Shown: positions 1 through 19,080 of the stretch, piece by piece
How positions within the stretch are numbered: position 1 is the first letter of the stretch
Layout of the letters: each line of letters begins with the position of its first letter
Source of the DNA: Mytilus edulis
Taxonomy: Eukaryota
Direction: 5' to 3'
Assembly: GCF_963676685.1 (NCBI RefSeq)
Contig: NC_092344.1
Location: 110,422,001-110,486,000 of the forward strand
DNA: 64,000 nucleotides
Made by a program: the position numbers and the translations under genes
Notes under the pieces: generated by a model
Told to the model about the DNA's origin: nothing
Databases searched by the model: none
The model's input: only the letters and a program-made list of their open reading frames with translations

Positions 1-3000
1 AAAGATTTACTTTTATCTTTATTTCTTCATTTTATGCAGAGGTAGACTTAGTAAATGACTGCTTTAGATCACATTTTTTAAAAGTTTTCATAGAACATAA
101 GCTATCATTCTGTATTTGTCTGCCTTCAGAATTGGGGTTGTAGCCTGAACTCTTATAGCTTTTTGCATATATAGTAAAACCTTGATTTGGTATTTGGAAC
201 TTCATTCAGCAACCTGACCATAGAAACAAGATTGAGCAAAGCTTTATTTCAATGATAAACTTTTTTTTTTTTTAATTTTCATGAAATCCTGTAAAAATTT
301 GATACAGTTATGACTCAGAACACTTAACTCGCCTTGAATCATTGAATTGCATTATTTTTTGTTCAGTCACTAAGTTATATTACATCTCTCAATCGCTACT
401 GAAATATGTTACAAGATATTTCATCACATTAATAAGAAAAATAACAAAGTAATGTATACCATATGTTACACAAGAAAGACAGCAAATCTATAGTCCTGAA
501 TTTCCCATACATTTTTTTTTGTGCTGTTAGGGTGACAGATGTGTCAAAAACAATGGGACATAGAAAAATCAATCACATGTTAGATTCACCATTACTTATT
601 GTTAAATTTAATCAAATTCAGCAAGTATCCATCTTTTGAATTAAACTTAACATTGAAGTTTATGTATTGATAAATATTTATAGTATGGAAAATTGTAACC
701 CCTACGTAATTGATTAAATTTAGCTTTTAGGGGAAATGGTTCTTTTATTAAAGATGTATGTTTGTCTTATACTAAAGAAAATAATGAGAATAATAAAAGA
801 GAATGGAAAGTAATTTATATGCTATCTTTATGAGACTAAACTTAATCTTGAAGGCTATAAGAAAATGTAATCAAATAATGGAAATCTCCCCCATTACTGT
901 ATCAATTGGAAGATATTATACTTAGCTCAGTCTTGTTTCTTGTTTCCATGGAGATGAATATTAATATTTTTTTGTCTGTCGTTTTGTACAATTCTCGAGA
1001 GGTTCTCTAAATTATTATTTGTGTAGCATATAGATTGATCTGTAACTAATGACAGATGTGGTTTAATATGTAATTAACTTGCTATTGTCTGACAGTTTTC
1101 CTCCACAATCATAATTTGTCTAATATTGTCTTTACTTTTTATTGAATAGAAATTTGGTGTGCTATTTTCTTCTTATTATTACATGTATAGTTTTTATATC
1201 CAGAAATAGATTTATATATGTTTTGAAGATGGAAAAAACACCATATGGTTCCAAATAACCCACAAGAAATCTTTGAACTGTCAGCATTTTTTATGAAATT
1301 TTCTATATCAAAGATCAAATATGTGAGATCAAACAAGGAGCAAACTTATATTATTTAACTGCATGTTAATGATATGACTGGTGTATGCATTAAATCAGTA
1401 TTTACTAATGAACTGCAGCCTGAATATGATATAGCTACGTTTCTCTAATTAGTGGTATATAGTCCAATTCCTGCATTAAATTGTGTGCAAATTGGCTTGA
1501 TGCATAATGACTTAATAGTATGATGTAACATGATGGTAATATCACGGTGGAATAACAGAGTGCACCCCAGACAAGACTCACATCTGATTAATTTTGGTTC
1601 TGGCTTTATTTTCATTTCTTTAGTTACATTTTTATTTTGGTTTATGATTTTCATTTATAGCTTATTTTATTATTGTGATATATTATAAATGGTTTGGGCA
1701 GTATTAAAACAGACATTCTTACATGTCTTAGAACAGCTATTATACAACTGAATTAATTTCTAGAAACCTGATTTTCTCACTGATTTGCACCTTTTTTCTG
1801 TTTGTGATACAATCTGTTGATCAAGCAAACCAAGACTTAGACATTAATTGAAGTTATTATTTATACAAAATTTAAAAATATATAATTTGTTGTCTATCAA
1901 GGTGCTAATTAATGCAAAAGTGAATCTTTTCCAATAGTAAATTCTTTTATTCAAAATGGAAGAATTACACTAGTGATTAAATTCTATGACACATTTTTAC
2001 CTAAAGTATCATTTCCGACTAGTGTGCGGAAGAAAAACAAGTGCACCTTATGTACAGGATTTTCTAAAATCTGAAACTATGCTTACATAAAATTACTTCT
2101 CCCTGTCAATCAAGGCTTATGTAGCAGTACAGACAAAAAATTTGAATATATAAGAAGACAACTGATTAATACAGGGAAAATATTCATTCTAGATAACTGT
2201 ATTTTCCTTTGGGAATATGTTCTCATCAAAATCTTTTGTATTCACAGAATTTTTATTGGAGTATCTGATGATATTTAGAAATACTAGTTTGAAAATGCAA
2301 ATCATGTAAAATAACAAAATCTAAGTATTTACTTGAAAAACATGACAGAAAATGTAATAAGTGATTTTTCATATCTAAAAAAGGCACTAAGATAAAAATT
2401 ATCAGTCATTTGATTATTTCATTGCGCTGTTAAAGCTATAACTTTAGATCAACATTTTTGTTGAACAGCTGTGAGAAATATTGCTTTGTTTGTATAGAAT
2501 TAAAGTCTCAAAAGAGACTGATAGGTTCAGTTTTAAATCCTTGATAAAAATTACATCTAACCAGCTGTCATATGGTCAATTGAAGTCAGACTGTTAGCTG
2601 TTATTTTGGCTTGAATATGTAACCTTTTGAGAAGCTACAAAGCTGAGGTCATTTGGAACTAAATACAATAAAAAAAAAAATATTCATTGCTTCCATTTGA
2701 AAGTGTTATAAATAATAGAAAAAAATGTAGGGTGCACAGGAAAAAGGGTCCAAAGAGTTTTAGAGGGAGGGATGTCATTAATAATTTTTTTAGGGGGCTG
2801 ACAGAGGGGGAACAAAGAAGGCAAAAGCGGTAAATAAATCTCTGTTATGTTTTACAATATGTCTCATAATTGACAGCGCTACTTGAATGATGCAGAAAGG
2901 TATAAAAGGCTGAAATCTTCTTCATAAATAGCACTTACATGTAATGGCTTTAAATTATGTACTTTGTTCATACTACAATAAAGAGGGACTTTTTATCTGT

Positions 3001-4145
3001 TTTTAAAGTTCAGTTTCCAAATACAATAGCACTGTTTTTTTGTAATTTAAGAATTGTATATAACCTTATACTTTGTATGAGTTTGTAAGTCTATGAAGAT
3101 ACTAGTAAAATAAAACCAAGGAGACAAGTCGATGGCTTTTCCTTTAAATACATAAAGCAAACTGTAATGATTTAGCAGTAAAACTGTAACGGATAATTGA
3201 TTTTGGCTACAAGTGGAAGTCAGAATGACGTCTTTGAATCATGACTTGCATTGAATAGCAATGTCTTTATTTCAATTAAAGCCTGCTAGATGAATTGCAC
3301 CAATTAAGTGCAATGGTTATCAGAATCAGACTGAAACAATGTCTTGAAATGTTATCAGTGGATGACATGAAAACACTAAATGCAAAAGATTTATTTTCAC
3401 TTGTGCAGAAGTTTTACAAATGACCTTTCATCCTTCTTAAATCCATGATTTTTGATTTGACCATATAGTAAGATTAAAATTCATGTTGTCCAGTGTTCCT
3501 ACTTCTGTATTAGGTTTGTTTTTATTTGTTTGCTTATTTTTCTTTTTGTTTAGGGGGGTCTGGATGCTGCAGATGTTAAGCTGTACATATTACTAATCCA
3601 GTTGTGCTGTCTTTTTTTGTGGACTTAGTAATTAAGGTTGTCGTTATGTGTCATATTAACAGATAACATCAAATTTTACCAAGTGGGGATGCAAAGTTTT
3701 ACTCTTGCCGTGGGCATATAATTTTTTACAGGTATGGGCAGTCTTGACAAATTGATGCATTTGGCTATTACATGTATTATAAATCTTTGGAGTCATAGGC
3801 AGTACACTTTGATAGTATGTTTTCAGTGAATTCTTGTAGTTTTGTAATACATTCTCTTGGTGTTAAGTTTGAATGGACAGGTTTTGTAAATCATTCATGA
3901 GTAGGTTTTATAATACAATCTAAAGCGTGGTAGAGTTTGTAATAGCATTCCGGGGTAAAGAATATGCTGGTATCGATTATACAGAAAAGGAAGAAAAAGC
4001 AGATCTGATGATCTTAATTAACTGTGCTGTTGTCTCGGGAGACAGGATCTCATCTATTGATCCATCCTTGTCCAACAACTTAGTGGTGGGCACCAGCTTC
4101 AATATTTATTGGATTTTGCCTTGTTTATCCTCTAATTGTATTTAG

Positions 4146-10603
<6,458 letters not shown>

Positions 10604-13600
10604 AGATGATGGAACAAAATAGTGCTATACTCAGTCATTCCGGACAGGATTAGATTGAGGAGTTTGATCTAGTCATATTTATATTCTCCACAAAATAGTG
10701 CATAAATATTATTAACAATCATGAGAAATTTTCCAGTTCACTTCTGAAGTTGCCAAACAATTTTTTTTTGCTCCTGGTATTAAGACTAGGACTAAGTGTT
10801 GCCATTACTTTAAATCCATCGTTCCATGATATCCTTTTTAGTAATTTAATTATTATTTGAATGAATTAAATTCACAGTTGGAATGAAATCTTAAGAATTT
10901 TCTTTATTAGGAAATTATTTTACGATGTTATCCAGTAATTGGTGAGTGATAGTGTAACAACTAGATCACATAGCCCTTGTATCAAAAATACTTTTTTCTT
11001 TTATTTTTGACATTTATTGATTTGAATCTCGTGAGAAGTATACTCATTTAACATTTTAATTTTACATGGATCAGTGAAATCCAGCATTGAACATTTTTAT
11101 CCTGGTTTTATGTTTTACCTTCAGTGAGAAGGCTTTAATTTTGAGTAGCATAGATATTTTTACATGGGAAAAAAATAATTAAATGTGTAAATTTTTAATT
11201 CTTGAAATAAATTTGAAATATTATGATTTTATTGTAATGAATAGTATTTTCTTTTTTTTTAATCCAATATTATTAAGTACCGTTCAATTTTTAGTTATGT
11301 GTGATTCATTCTTAGATTTTGAAATTCCTGAATTTAGCTAGATTTATCTTATTGAAAATTGTGAGAATAATGATACTATTAAAAGGCAACTGTGTAATTT
11401 TATATCTTTTAAGATAATGCTACTTTTAAAACCAATTTTCAACCATTTTAGATGATTTGTTTATACATTATTCATAAGGATTTTTATCCAGTTATATTTA
11501 ACTCAATGAATCTCAGAATGTTGTTATTTTTCAAATGCACATGGAGAGCTCAGAGAACAAATGAATGCCTCGAGACATGATATAATCCAAGTATATTATT
11601 ATTTATTTATTGACAAAACCATGGATGTTGATATTATTTAATACTTATTAAGTTATGTAATTGATTATTAAGATTTCATTTTTGTTGTTATCCCATAAAT
11701 TGGTGTTCTGTGGTGAAGTAATTTTTTCAGATATTATTTATTGTTTGTCGGTTGTTTTCATTAGGTATAGAATTGGGCCCTAGGTCCATTGTTTATTACA
11801 GTAATTTAGAATTATACGAATAGAAATATAAGATGAAAACTTTTATATTACATTTATAGAAACTGTTTTCAGCCATTGATGAAATGAGAGAAATCAATTT
11901 AGTCAGTTATGAGAGATATAAAACAATATGTGTGTTCATTATTTTTATTTATTTATGGTACAAAAGATTAAACTAATTTTTAAAATCAAGTTTATAACAG
12001 GAGAAAACAGTTTCTATATGTAAAATGAATATATCTGTGTCAAGCCTGAAATAATTGGTGAATTTGTCTGTTGCATGAATATTTGCTTTAGTTTTCTCAA
12101 TTATTGTTTTGCTCTTTGTTATAAACACTGCTGCACACGAATGCTGTCTTAAATTTTCCACAAAAAAACGTTTGGTTTAGTATATATGTATTTTGGTTTA
12201 TTTTTATTTTTCACCAAACACACATTGGTTAGAATCAGAATTAAATAAAAATCATAGTATTTAATTGAAAATTAGTTTTGATTGATAGATAAAAGAAAAA
12301 TGTTAACTTTCAATGATGTGTATTTGGTGAATGGTTTTTGTTATTTAATTCAAGCAGTCATGACTTTTGATTTTGCATTTATTTATTTTGGGAGTGATGT
12401 TTTATCATTTCAATGAATATGTTTGCCAGAATTTTCAGTTCACTAGCACCTTAAACTGGGACTCGTCTCAGAATATGTTGGCACAAAATTTTTCTTTTTC
12501 TTCGTCTTAGTTCTTTTTTTCTTGATTTCTGTGAACCCTTTATTTCCAATTTACCAAAGTTTCAGGATGAGACATTGTTAGAAATCATTCAAAATCTGCT
12601 GACTTTTTTTCCATGGTTGAAATAGAGATTTGATAAAACCATGTATTGCATCAGATGCCAAATTGATCTTCCAGTGTTGAAAAGGTATAAATTTTTTGAA
12701 CATTTTTAAATGTTGTGTTTAGGGTTCCATGTTTTACAATATCTGTATATGTTTGAAAGTTTTTAAAACAAGAAATACCTGACATTTTTACATGTTTGAT
12801 TTCTTTAATAAAAAGATTAACTTTTTATACAATCCATCTTATTTGATGTCTTTAGGGGCACTCATTTTAAATGCTCATATTTTTGCAAATCATTAAAACA
12901 TTCCTCAGGAAATCTTTCACAAAAAGTGTGTTTTTATTGTTATAACTCTTTGTGAAAGGTTCCTTTATATTGCCCCTTTTGATGTAAATATTCCTGTCAC
13001 AGTCGGGGCACTTTTCACAAAGAATTTTTAATATTTATGGTATAAATTTTGAATGGATTTATGGGAACAATTTACATCTCATCAATGTTTTAATCAAACA
13101 TTACAGACATTGCCTAATTTAAGCATGAAAGGGACCCTGTGAGGGTTTTCCATGTTCTTTGAATTATTTCAGTTTTGATTGAAGTATATTTTTGCCATTC
13201 TGGCAATTTTACAAACTTCCACTCCTTAATTTATTCTTCATCAAGCAAAGATGAAATAAATATTTTATACTTAAGATATATATGCAATTTTTACCCATAC
13301 AGTTCTGTATTTGTGAAAACTTATATGGCAATTTTACATTTTTATGTGATGTCGAAATTCATATGAACTTGTTTAGAATCGCTTATTGTTAATGATAATT
13401 GTTAATGATAAAAGCAATATTTACATTTTTTACATATTCATTGACCAATGATTTTTTTAGAACGATAACTATGGGATGTTAGGTCAGGTGTGCCAAGCAC
13501 TAGCGTTAATGAGTTACATGTGGTCAGTAAGATCATCGTGGTTGGGTAAACGTATTTGTGCCTACTGCCAAATAAATGTCTACACAGAATGGGAGAAATC

Positions 13601-15700
13601 AATTGACAAAAGTTATGATTGTTTGAAAGCAATTAACAAAACCCACCTATTATGTATTACACATGATGTGTGCACACAACAGTAGAAAATATTCAGTTTC
13701 ATTACATATTTCTTTTCAGATTGTTATTAGCAGTCTAATGTTAGAGTTTTTCAAACTTTTGTGAAATTGAACTTTTTTTGACTTTTTTCATTACTTGTTC
13801 CATTGTTTGTTGTTTTGTTTCATGTTGTAGCTGCTCTTTTGAAGGGCTTAACTTTATTTTTTGAAGTACAAATTTGCAAGGTAAGATGTTTTTCCCTTTT
13901 GATACAGGTATTATTTCAATCCATGTTATACCGTAAATAAGATATAATTTGTTAATTTTAACACATACTTTTATCTAACATAAAAACAGTTACACGTAGT
14001 CAGTTCTAGTATAAAACAAAATTTAATTCCAAATTAAGATTTATTAGTCCTAAAAGAAAATATCAGAAAACAATTTCCTGAATTCAAGCGTTAGCTGATG
14101 AAAGAATGTTGCAGTGGTTAGTATTTAGTATAATTTGAAAGTGATTCACATATGCCTTCAAAAGAGCACCTTCATTTTTTTTCATTTTTTTCATATATCT
14201 TTAATTAGTGTTGTACATTGTGTGTGTTGTCAGGTTGTTTCTAGTCCAGACATTATTATCTTTATCCTACCTCATACACCGTTACATACACAACTGTCCT
14301 CAATTGGGATTCTAGAAAAATAGTTGACCAGCCAAAATCAGTGAATTATTACAATCATTTCCATTTGAATACTGGTTAATTAAGCAGTCTTTCAGTAAAT
14401 CAGTTGAAGAATATTTAGCTTGATTGTCTTTTCATTTGTCAGGCTGACAGCTTATACCAGTCTATTGTCTAACAATTGTGAGAAAGAAAGAGGTCTATTA
14501 TTAGGGATCACTTTGGAGACAGTTCTCAGTAAGAGTAAGCCGGAAAGGTCTTTCACATGTTTTCTTTTACTGGTCACATGTATCTAAGCTGAAAATATAA
14601 CAACCATAATAAAAACTTGCTGTATGTTGGAGGACAACTTCTGTTCTGTGGTCAATTGTATCATCTCAATTTGAAGGAAAAGGGGTTCTTATACATTATA
14701 TATTCTCAGAAAATACATATCTGTGAATAATCTTCATAAATACTTATACACAATATAATGTAGATAACCATTTTATGAAACCTATATTATGTCAAAACCT
14801 GAGTGTCTTTTATCTGTGATATCATGTTCCCTACCAAACCATATTTATGTTTACCAAAACCAGCAAGTCCCATGACAGTTTTATTGATCTCATTTATGTC
14901 CATGCTCAAAACCATGTCTCTAATTGCAGTAGTGAGATTTGGCTTTTAGAGAGCTTTCAAAAGGAAGTAGTAAAGTGCATTAACACTTACAATTTTAATT
15001 TGCAATACGAAAGAAGCCTTGAGATTTACACAATTTAGAAAGAGAGACAACATGGAAAATTTAATGAATTGTTATCCTTGTAGAAAAGCCAAAACTCACT
15101 ACTCCCTTTGTAAAGAATTTATGTATATGTTCAAATATGTTATTTACATAACTTGGTCCAAAGATGTTAACCATGAAAATATAAAATTCCTCGTTACAAG
15201 GATCCTTTGTCTCAATGAATACTACTCAATATGTTTCTCTAGTCAGTATAATTTAAAGTGCAATAATATATACATTTTTATCATAATACAGACTTTGATG
15301 TTATAACAATCATTATTGTAATTTGGTTTTCTATGGTTTAAAATCCGAGTGATAGTGTGATGACTGCCTACCTTAACCCATGACATGTGACTGACAACAC
15401 ATACATGTATGTACAGTTTAATTTCTGTTGATTGGCTTTTTGTGTGCTTTTGACATTGCTTTGCATTTGTTTAGTCCCTGTGTTCAATTTGGAATAAACA
15501 TAGTCAAAGATCAGGTGTTTATCTATAACATTTTATATATGGATAGCCTGATCAATAATGTTGGTTGCCCAGCGTCATGGCTATATTGCAGGCGCTGGCT
15601 TGTTGGTTGTAAACGTTATTATGTAGTTGGTTGTAATGCAATATTTGTACTTTTATTACATGTGATGATTATAAATAAAATTTTAAATAAATTTGTTTGA
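10604..15700 (+). other. Probable long U/AU-rich 3' UTR of the ELAV gene with several candidate poly(A) signals
   Basis: T-rich + strand with no recognisable TE until ~16190. AATAAA at 11206, 12244, 12807, 13255, 13531, 14608, 15493, 15674 and 15686, the last two followed by a GT/T-rich tract. The end point is uncertain. Confidence 0.45.
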
Positions 15701-16189
15701 TGTAACTATTGGACTTTTTTATGTGTATTCAAAGAAATATCCTAAGTTTGAATTGCTGCAGATGCTGATTGGAAGAAGAAAAACAGTTTACAGTAGGTAA
15801 GAAACCCCCATCAGTTTCATCTACATTATTGTATTGGTAAATTATCTGTCTGTCATAAACAAATAATATCAGGATGGTAATTTGAGGTAATCTTGATAAA
15901 TTGGAAATGACCTTTAACAGATAGAATATAAAGAGAACTGGGACCAAGCTTATTGATTTTGGGTTTAATAGGTACATTTTGTACTACCCCTACGGTTACT
16001 TTTTGCCTACTTCAGAATTCACTTTTCACCGCAATAGTATGTTTTTATACTGGTTACAGTCAAAAGTTATCTGGGAACCAGCATGCCAATCAATGAATAT
16101 TATATAGCACCCAAAAAAGACATGTGGTTTGAGAAACAGCTGTACAAAGTGCAACCTATAGGAGGTCCCTTACCATGAAGTCATTTTAG

Positions 16190-17935
16190 GTTTGCAGTCC
16201 AGCAAATCAGTTTTCCACACTTTTCTTTATGCTTGTAGTTATTGATTTGGTATAAATTTTAATCATGACAAGTTATAGATCAAGTTTGACTTATTTTCAA
16301 GTATCATGAGCTTGTCCAGAGTTGTGGTCCTTGGACTTAAAAAAATCACTCAAATATTCAGCTTTATGCAGGTTTTTTTTATCATGCATGAAGATATTGA
16401 TTGAATAATTGGAACAGAGTTTTATCTTGACAAGTTACAGATGTAGTTTAAATTTTGTTCTGGTTAGAATGGTTTTGTGCAGAGTTATGGTCCTGGGACT
16501 TGGAAAATTCACTCAATAATTTTTCCACATTTTTTGTCTTCATGCACGAAGATATAGATTTTATCATTGTTATATAGTTTTATCTTGACTTGTTACAGAT
16601 CTACTTTGAATTTTGTTCTGGTCTGATGATTTTTTGCAGAGTTATTATGGTCCTTGGATTAAGAAATTCACTCAAATAAACATTCCCCCTTTTTTTTTAG
16701 TCATGTTCCTGTCTGTTGATTTTGTGCAGAGTTATGGACCTTGGTTTAAGAAAAAAAATACTTGAATAATATATTTTTCGCCTTGTTTTTATACAACCCC
16801 AAAAAAAATTTGGGATCGTATATTGGTATGATGTCGTCGTCGTCCGAAGACACATTGGTTTCCGGATAATAACTTTAGTTTAAGTGAATAGATCTTCATG
16901 AAATTTTTTCAGAAGGTTCAATACCACAAAAGGAAGGTTGGGATTGATTTTGGGGATGATGGTCGTAACCGATTAGGAATTAGGGGCCCAAATCAAGCAT
17001 TTTTCTAGTTTCAGGATAATAACTTGTGTAGAAGTATTTTAATTGCTCTAAAATCATACCGCAATGTTTAAAACCACAAGTAGAAGGTTTGGATTCATTT
17101 TAGGGGTTATGGAGCCAAAGTTTAGGAATTAAGGGCCAAAAAGGGGTCAAAACAAGCTTTTTTCTAGTTTCAAGACAATAACTTATGTGTAATTGTATGG
17201 ATCTCTCTGAAATTGTACCATAATGTACCATATAACAAAGGGGAGGCTGGGATTAAGTTTTGGGTTAATTGCCCAAAATATGTAGGAATTAGGGGCCAAA
17301 AAGAAGCATGATTCTAGTTTCCAAACAATTATGACAATAACTTGTGTTTAAGTGTATGGATCTCTCTGAAATTGTACTGCAAGGTTCAATACTGCAATGG
17401 AAAGCATGGGATTGAGTTTAAGGGTTATTGCTCCAAGGGGGGTTCAAAAAGTTGGGGGTGATTTTTTGTTTACCATTTTTTGAAGGGCTTCCTTTTTTTC
17501 AAAGAAGTTTCAAGAAGAAATCTTCAATTGCACAGTATTGTGCAATAGATTTGTTAGATCTTTGACCACATTAGTTTTGTGACAAAAACCTATATTATGT
17601 CAAAAATTTGATCACAATTCAAATTCAGACAGAATCAAGCTTGAATATTGGGAACAAATTTGCCCCAACTATTCAGAGTTCAACCACTGGGGTCATATAA
17701 AGCTGCGCCCTGTGGAGCACCTGGTTTGGTCATGCTTGAAGAAATAGATTTAATCATTGGTACAAAGTTTATGATGACAAGTTACAGATCTGGTTTGAAT
17801 TTTGTTCTGGTACCATGATTTTTTGCAGAGTTATGGACCTTGGATTAAGAAATTCATTCAAATAATGATTTTTTTCTCCTTGTTTTTATGTCATGAATAT
17901 AAATATAGATTTTATCTTTGTTATATAGTTTAATG
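16190..17935. repeat. Degenerate ~160-bp tandem repeat (AAGTTACAGATC...GAGTTATGGTCCTTGGA), split by a HINE insertion
   Basis: Units recur at ~16268, 16430, 16591 and resume at ~17778 after the insertion. Confidence 0.65.
16786..17726 (+). mobile_element. Helentron-associated non-autonomous element (HINE/DINE-1-like) with internal satellite-like repeats
   Basis: Inserted in a T-run. SubTIRs TTTATACAACCCC (16788) / GGGGTCATATAAA (17689), a (GTC)n microsatellite at 16833, internal ~150-160-bp units containing GGAATTAGGGGCCC, and a 3' hairpin GCTGCGCCCTGTGGAGC followed by ..GGTT. Confidence 0.75.
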
Positions 17936-19080
17936 TTAAATCTGCGACTTTTGTCACAGAAAGCTAGACATAGGAATAGTGCTTCCGGGCTGTTGTTAGC
18001 TAACCTCTTAAAAGCTTTTAAAATATTTTAGAAGGTAGAAAATCTGGATCCACCTTACTTTGTATATAGGTGCTTTATGTTAATAAGTTTCCGTCTGTCA
18101 TGTGTCCATTGTCCTTGACCTCATTTTAATAGTTCAGTGACTACTTAAAAGATTTTTTTTTAACCATTCTAAATTTCTCTCTTATTATGAGTAATAGGAT
18201 AACTATTTTTGGTATGTGCATACCTTGCAAGGTCCTCGTGTCTGTCAGACAGTCTTCCTTTGACCCTTACCTCATTTCATGGATCAGTGAACAAGGTTAA
18301 GTTTTTGTGGTTAAGTCAATATCTCAGATACTATAATCAATATGTCTCCTTTATTTGGTGTATGGAATGATTGTAAGGTGTACATGTCCAACTGGCAGGT
18401 GTCATCTGACCTTCACCTCATTTTTATGATTCAGTGGTTAAAGTTATTTTTTTTGGTTTTTGGTCTGTTTTTCTTATACTGTTTGCAATAGGTCTACTAT
18501 ATGTGGTTTATGGAATGATTAATTGTAAGGTGTACATGTCCATCTGGCAGGTGTCATCTGACCTTGGCTCATTTTCATGGTTCATGGGTTATAGTTAAGG
18601 ATTAGTGTTTTGGTCTGTTGTTTTAATACTGTATGCAATAGGTCAACTATAGTTGTGTATGCAAGTATTTTACAATTTACATATCAGTCTGGTGTTTTAT
18701 TTGACCGTGACCTCATTTTTATGGTTCATTGCTAAATATTTTTTTGGGTTTTTTTTTTGTCTGTTTTTCGCAAATAATTTTAGCAAAAGGTCAACTGTAT
18801 TTGGTGAATGTAATAATTGTGAGGTGTATATGTCTGTCTGTCAATTATCATCTGACCATGACCTCATTTTCATGGTTCATTGGTCAATCTTAAGTTTTCC
18901 TGATTAAGATTGTTTCTTAGATACTATATGCAAAAGGTCAACTATATTTAAAACGTAATGATTGTATGGTGTACATGTTTGTCTGACAGCGTTCATCTGA
19001 CCATGGCCTCATTTTCATGGTTCATTGATCAATGTTAAGTTTTCCTGGTTTTGTTTCTTTGATGTGCAATATGTCATATA
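17935..19080 (+). repeat. HINE-like element with ~125-150-bp TGACCTTGACCTCATTTT tandem units
   Basis: Repeated GTCATCTGACC(T/A)TGACCTCATTTTCATGGTTCA units at ~18115, 18260, 18401, 18552, 18702, 18847 and 18992. Confidence 0.65.

Noticed and set aside
3927-4145. 72-aa ORF upstream of exon A as an additional ELAV exon
   Set aside because: No RRM similarity and no convincing splice-site pair.
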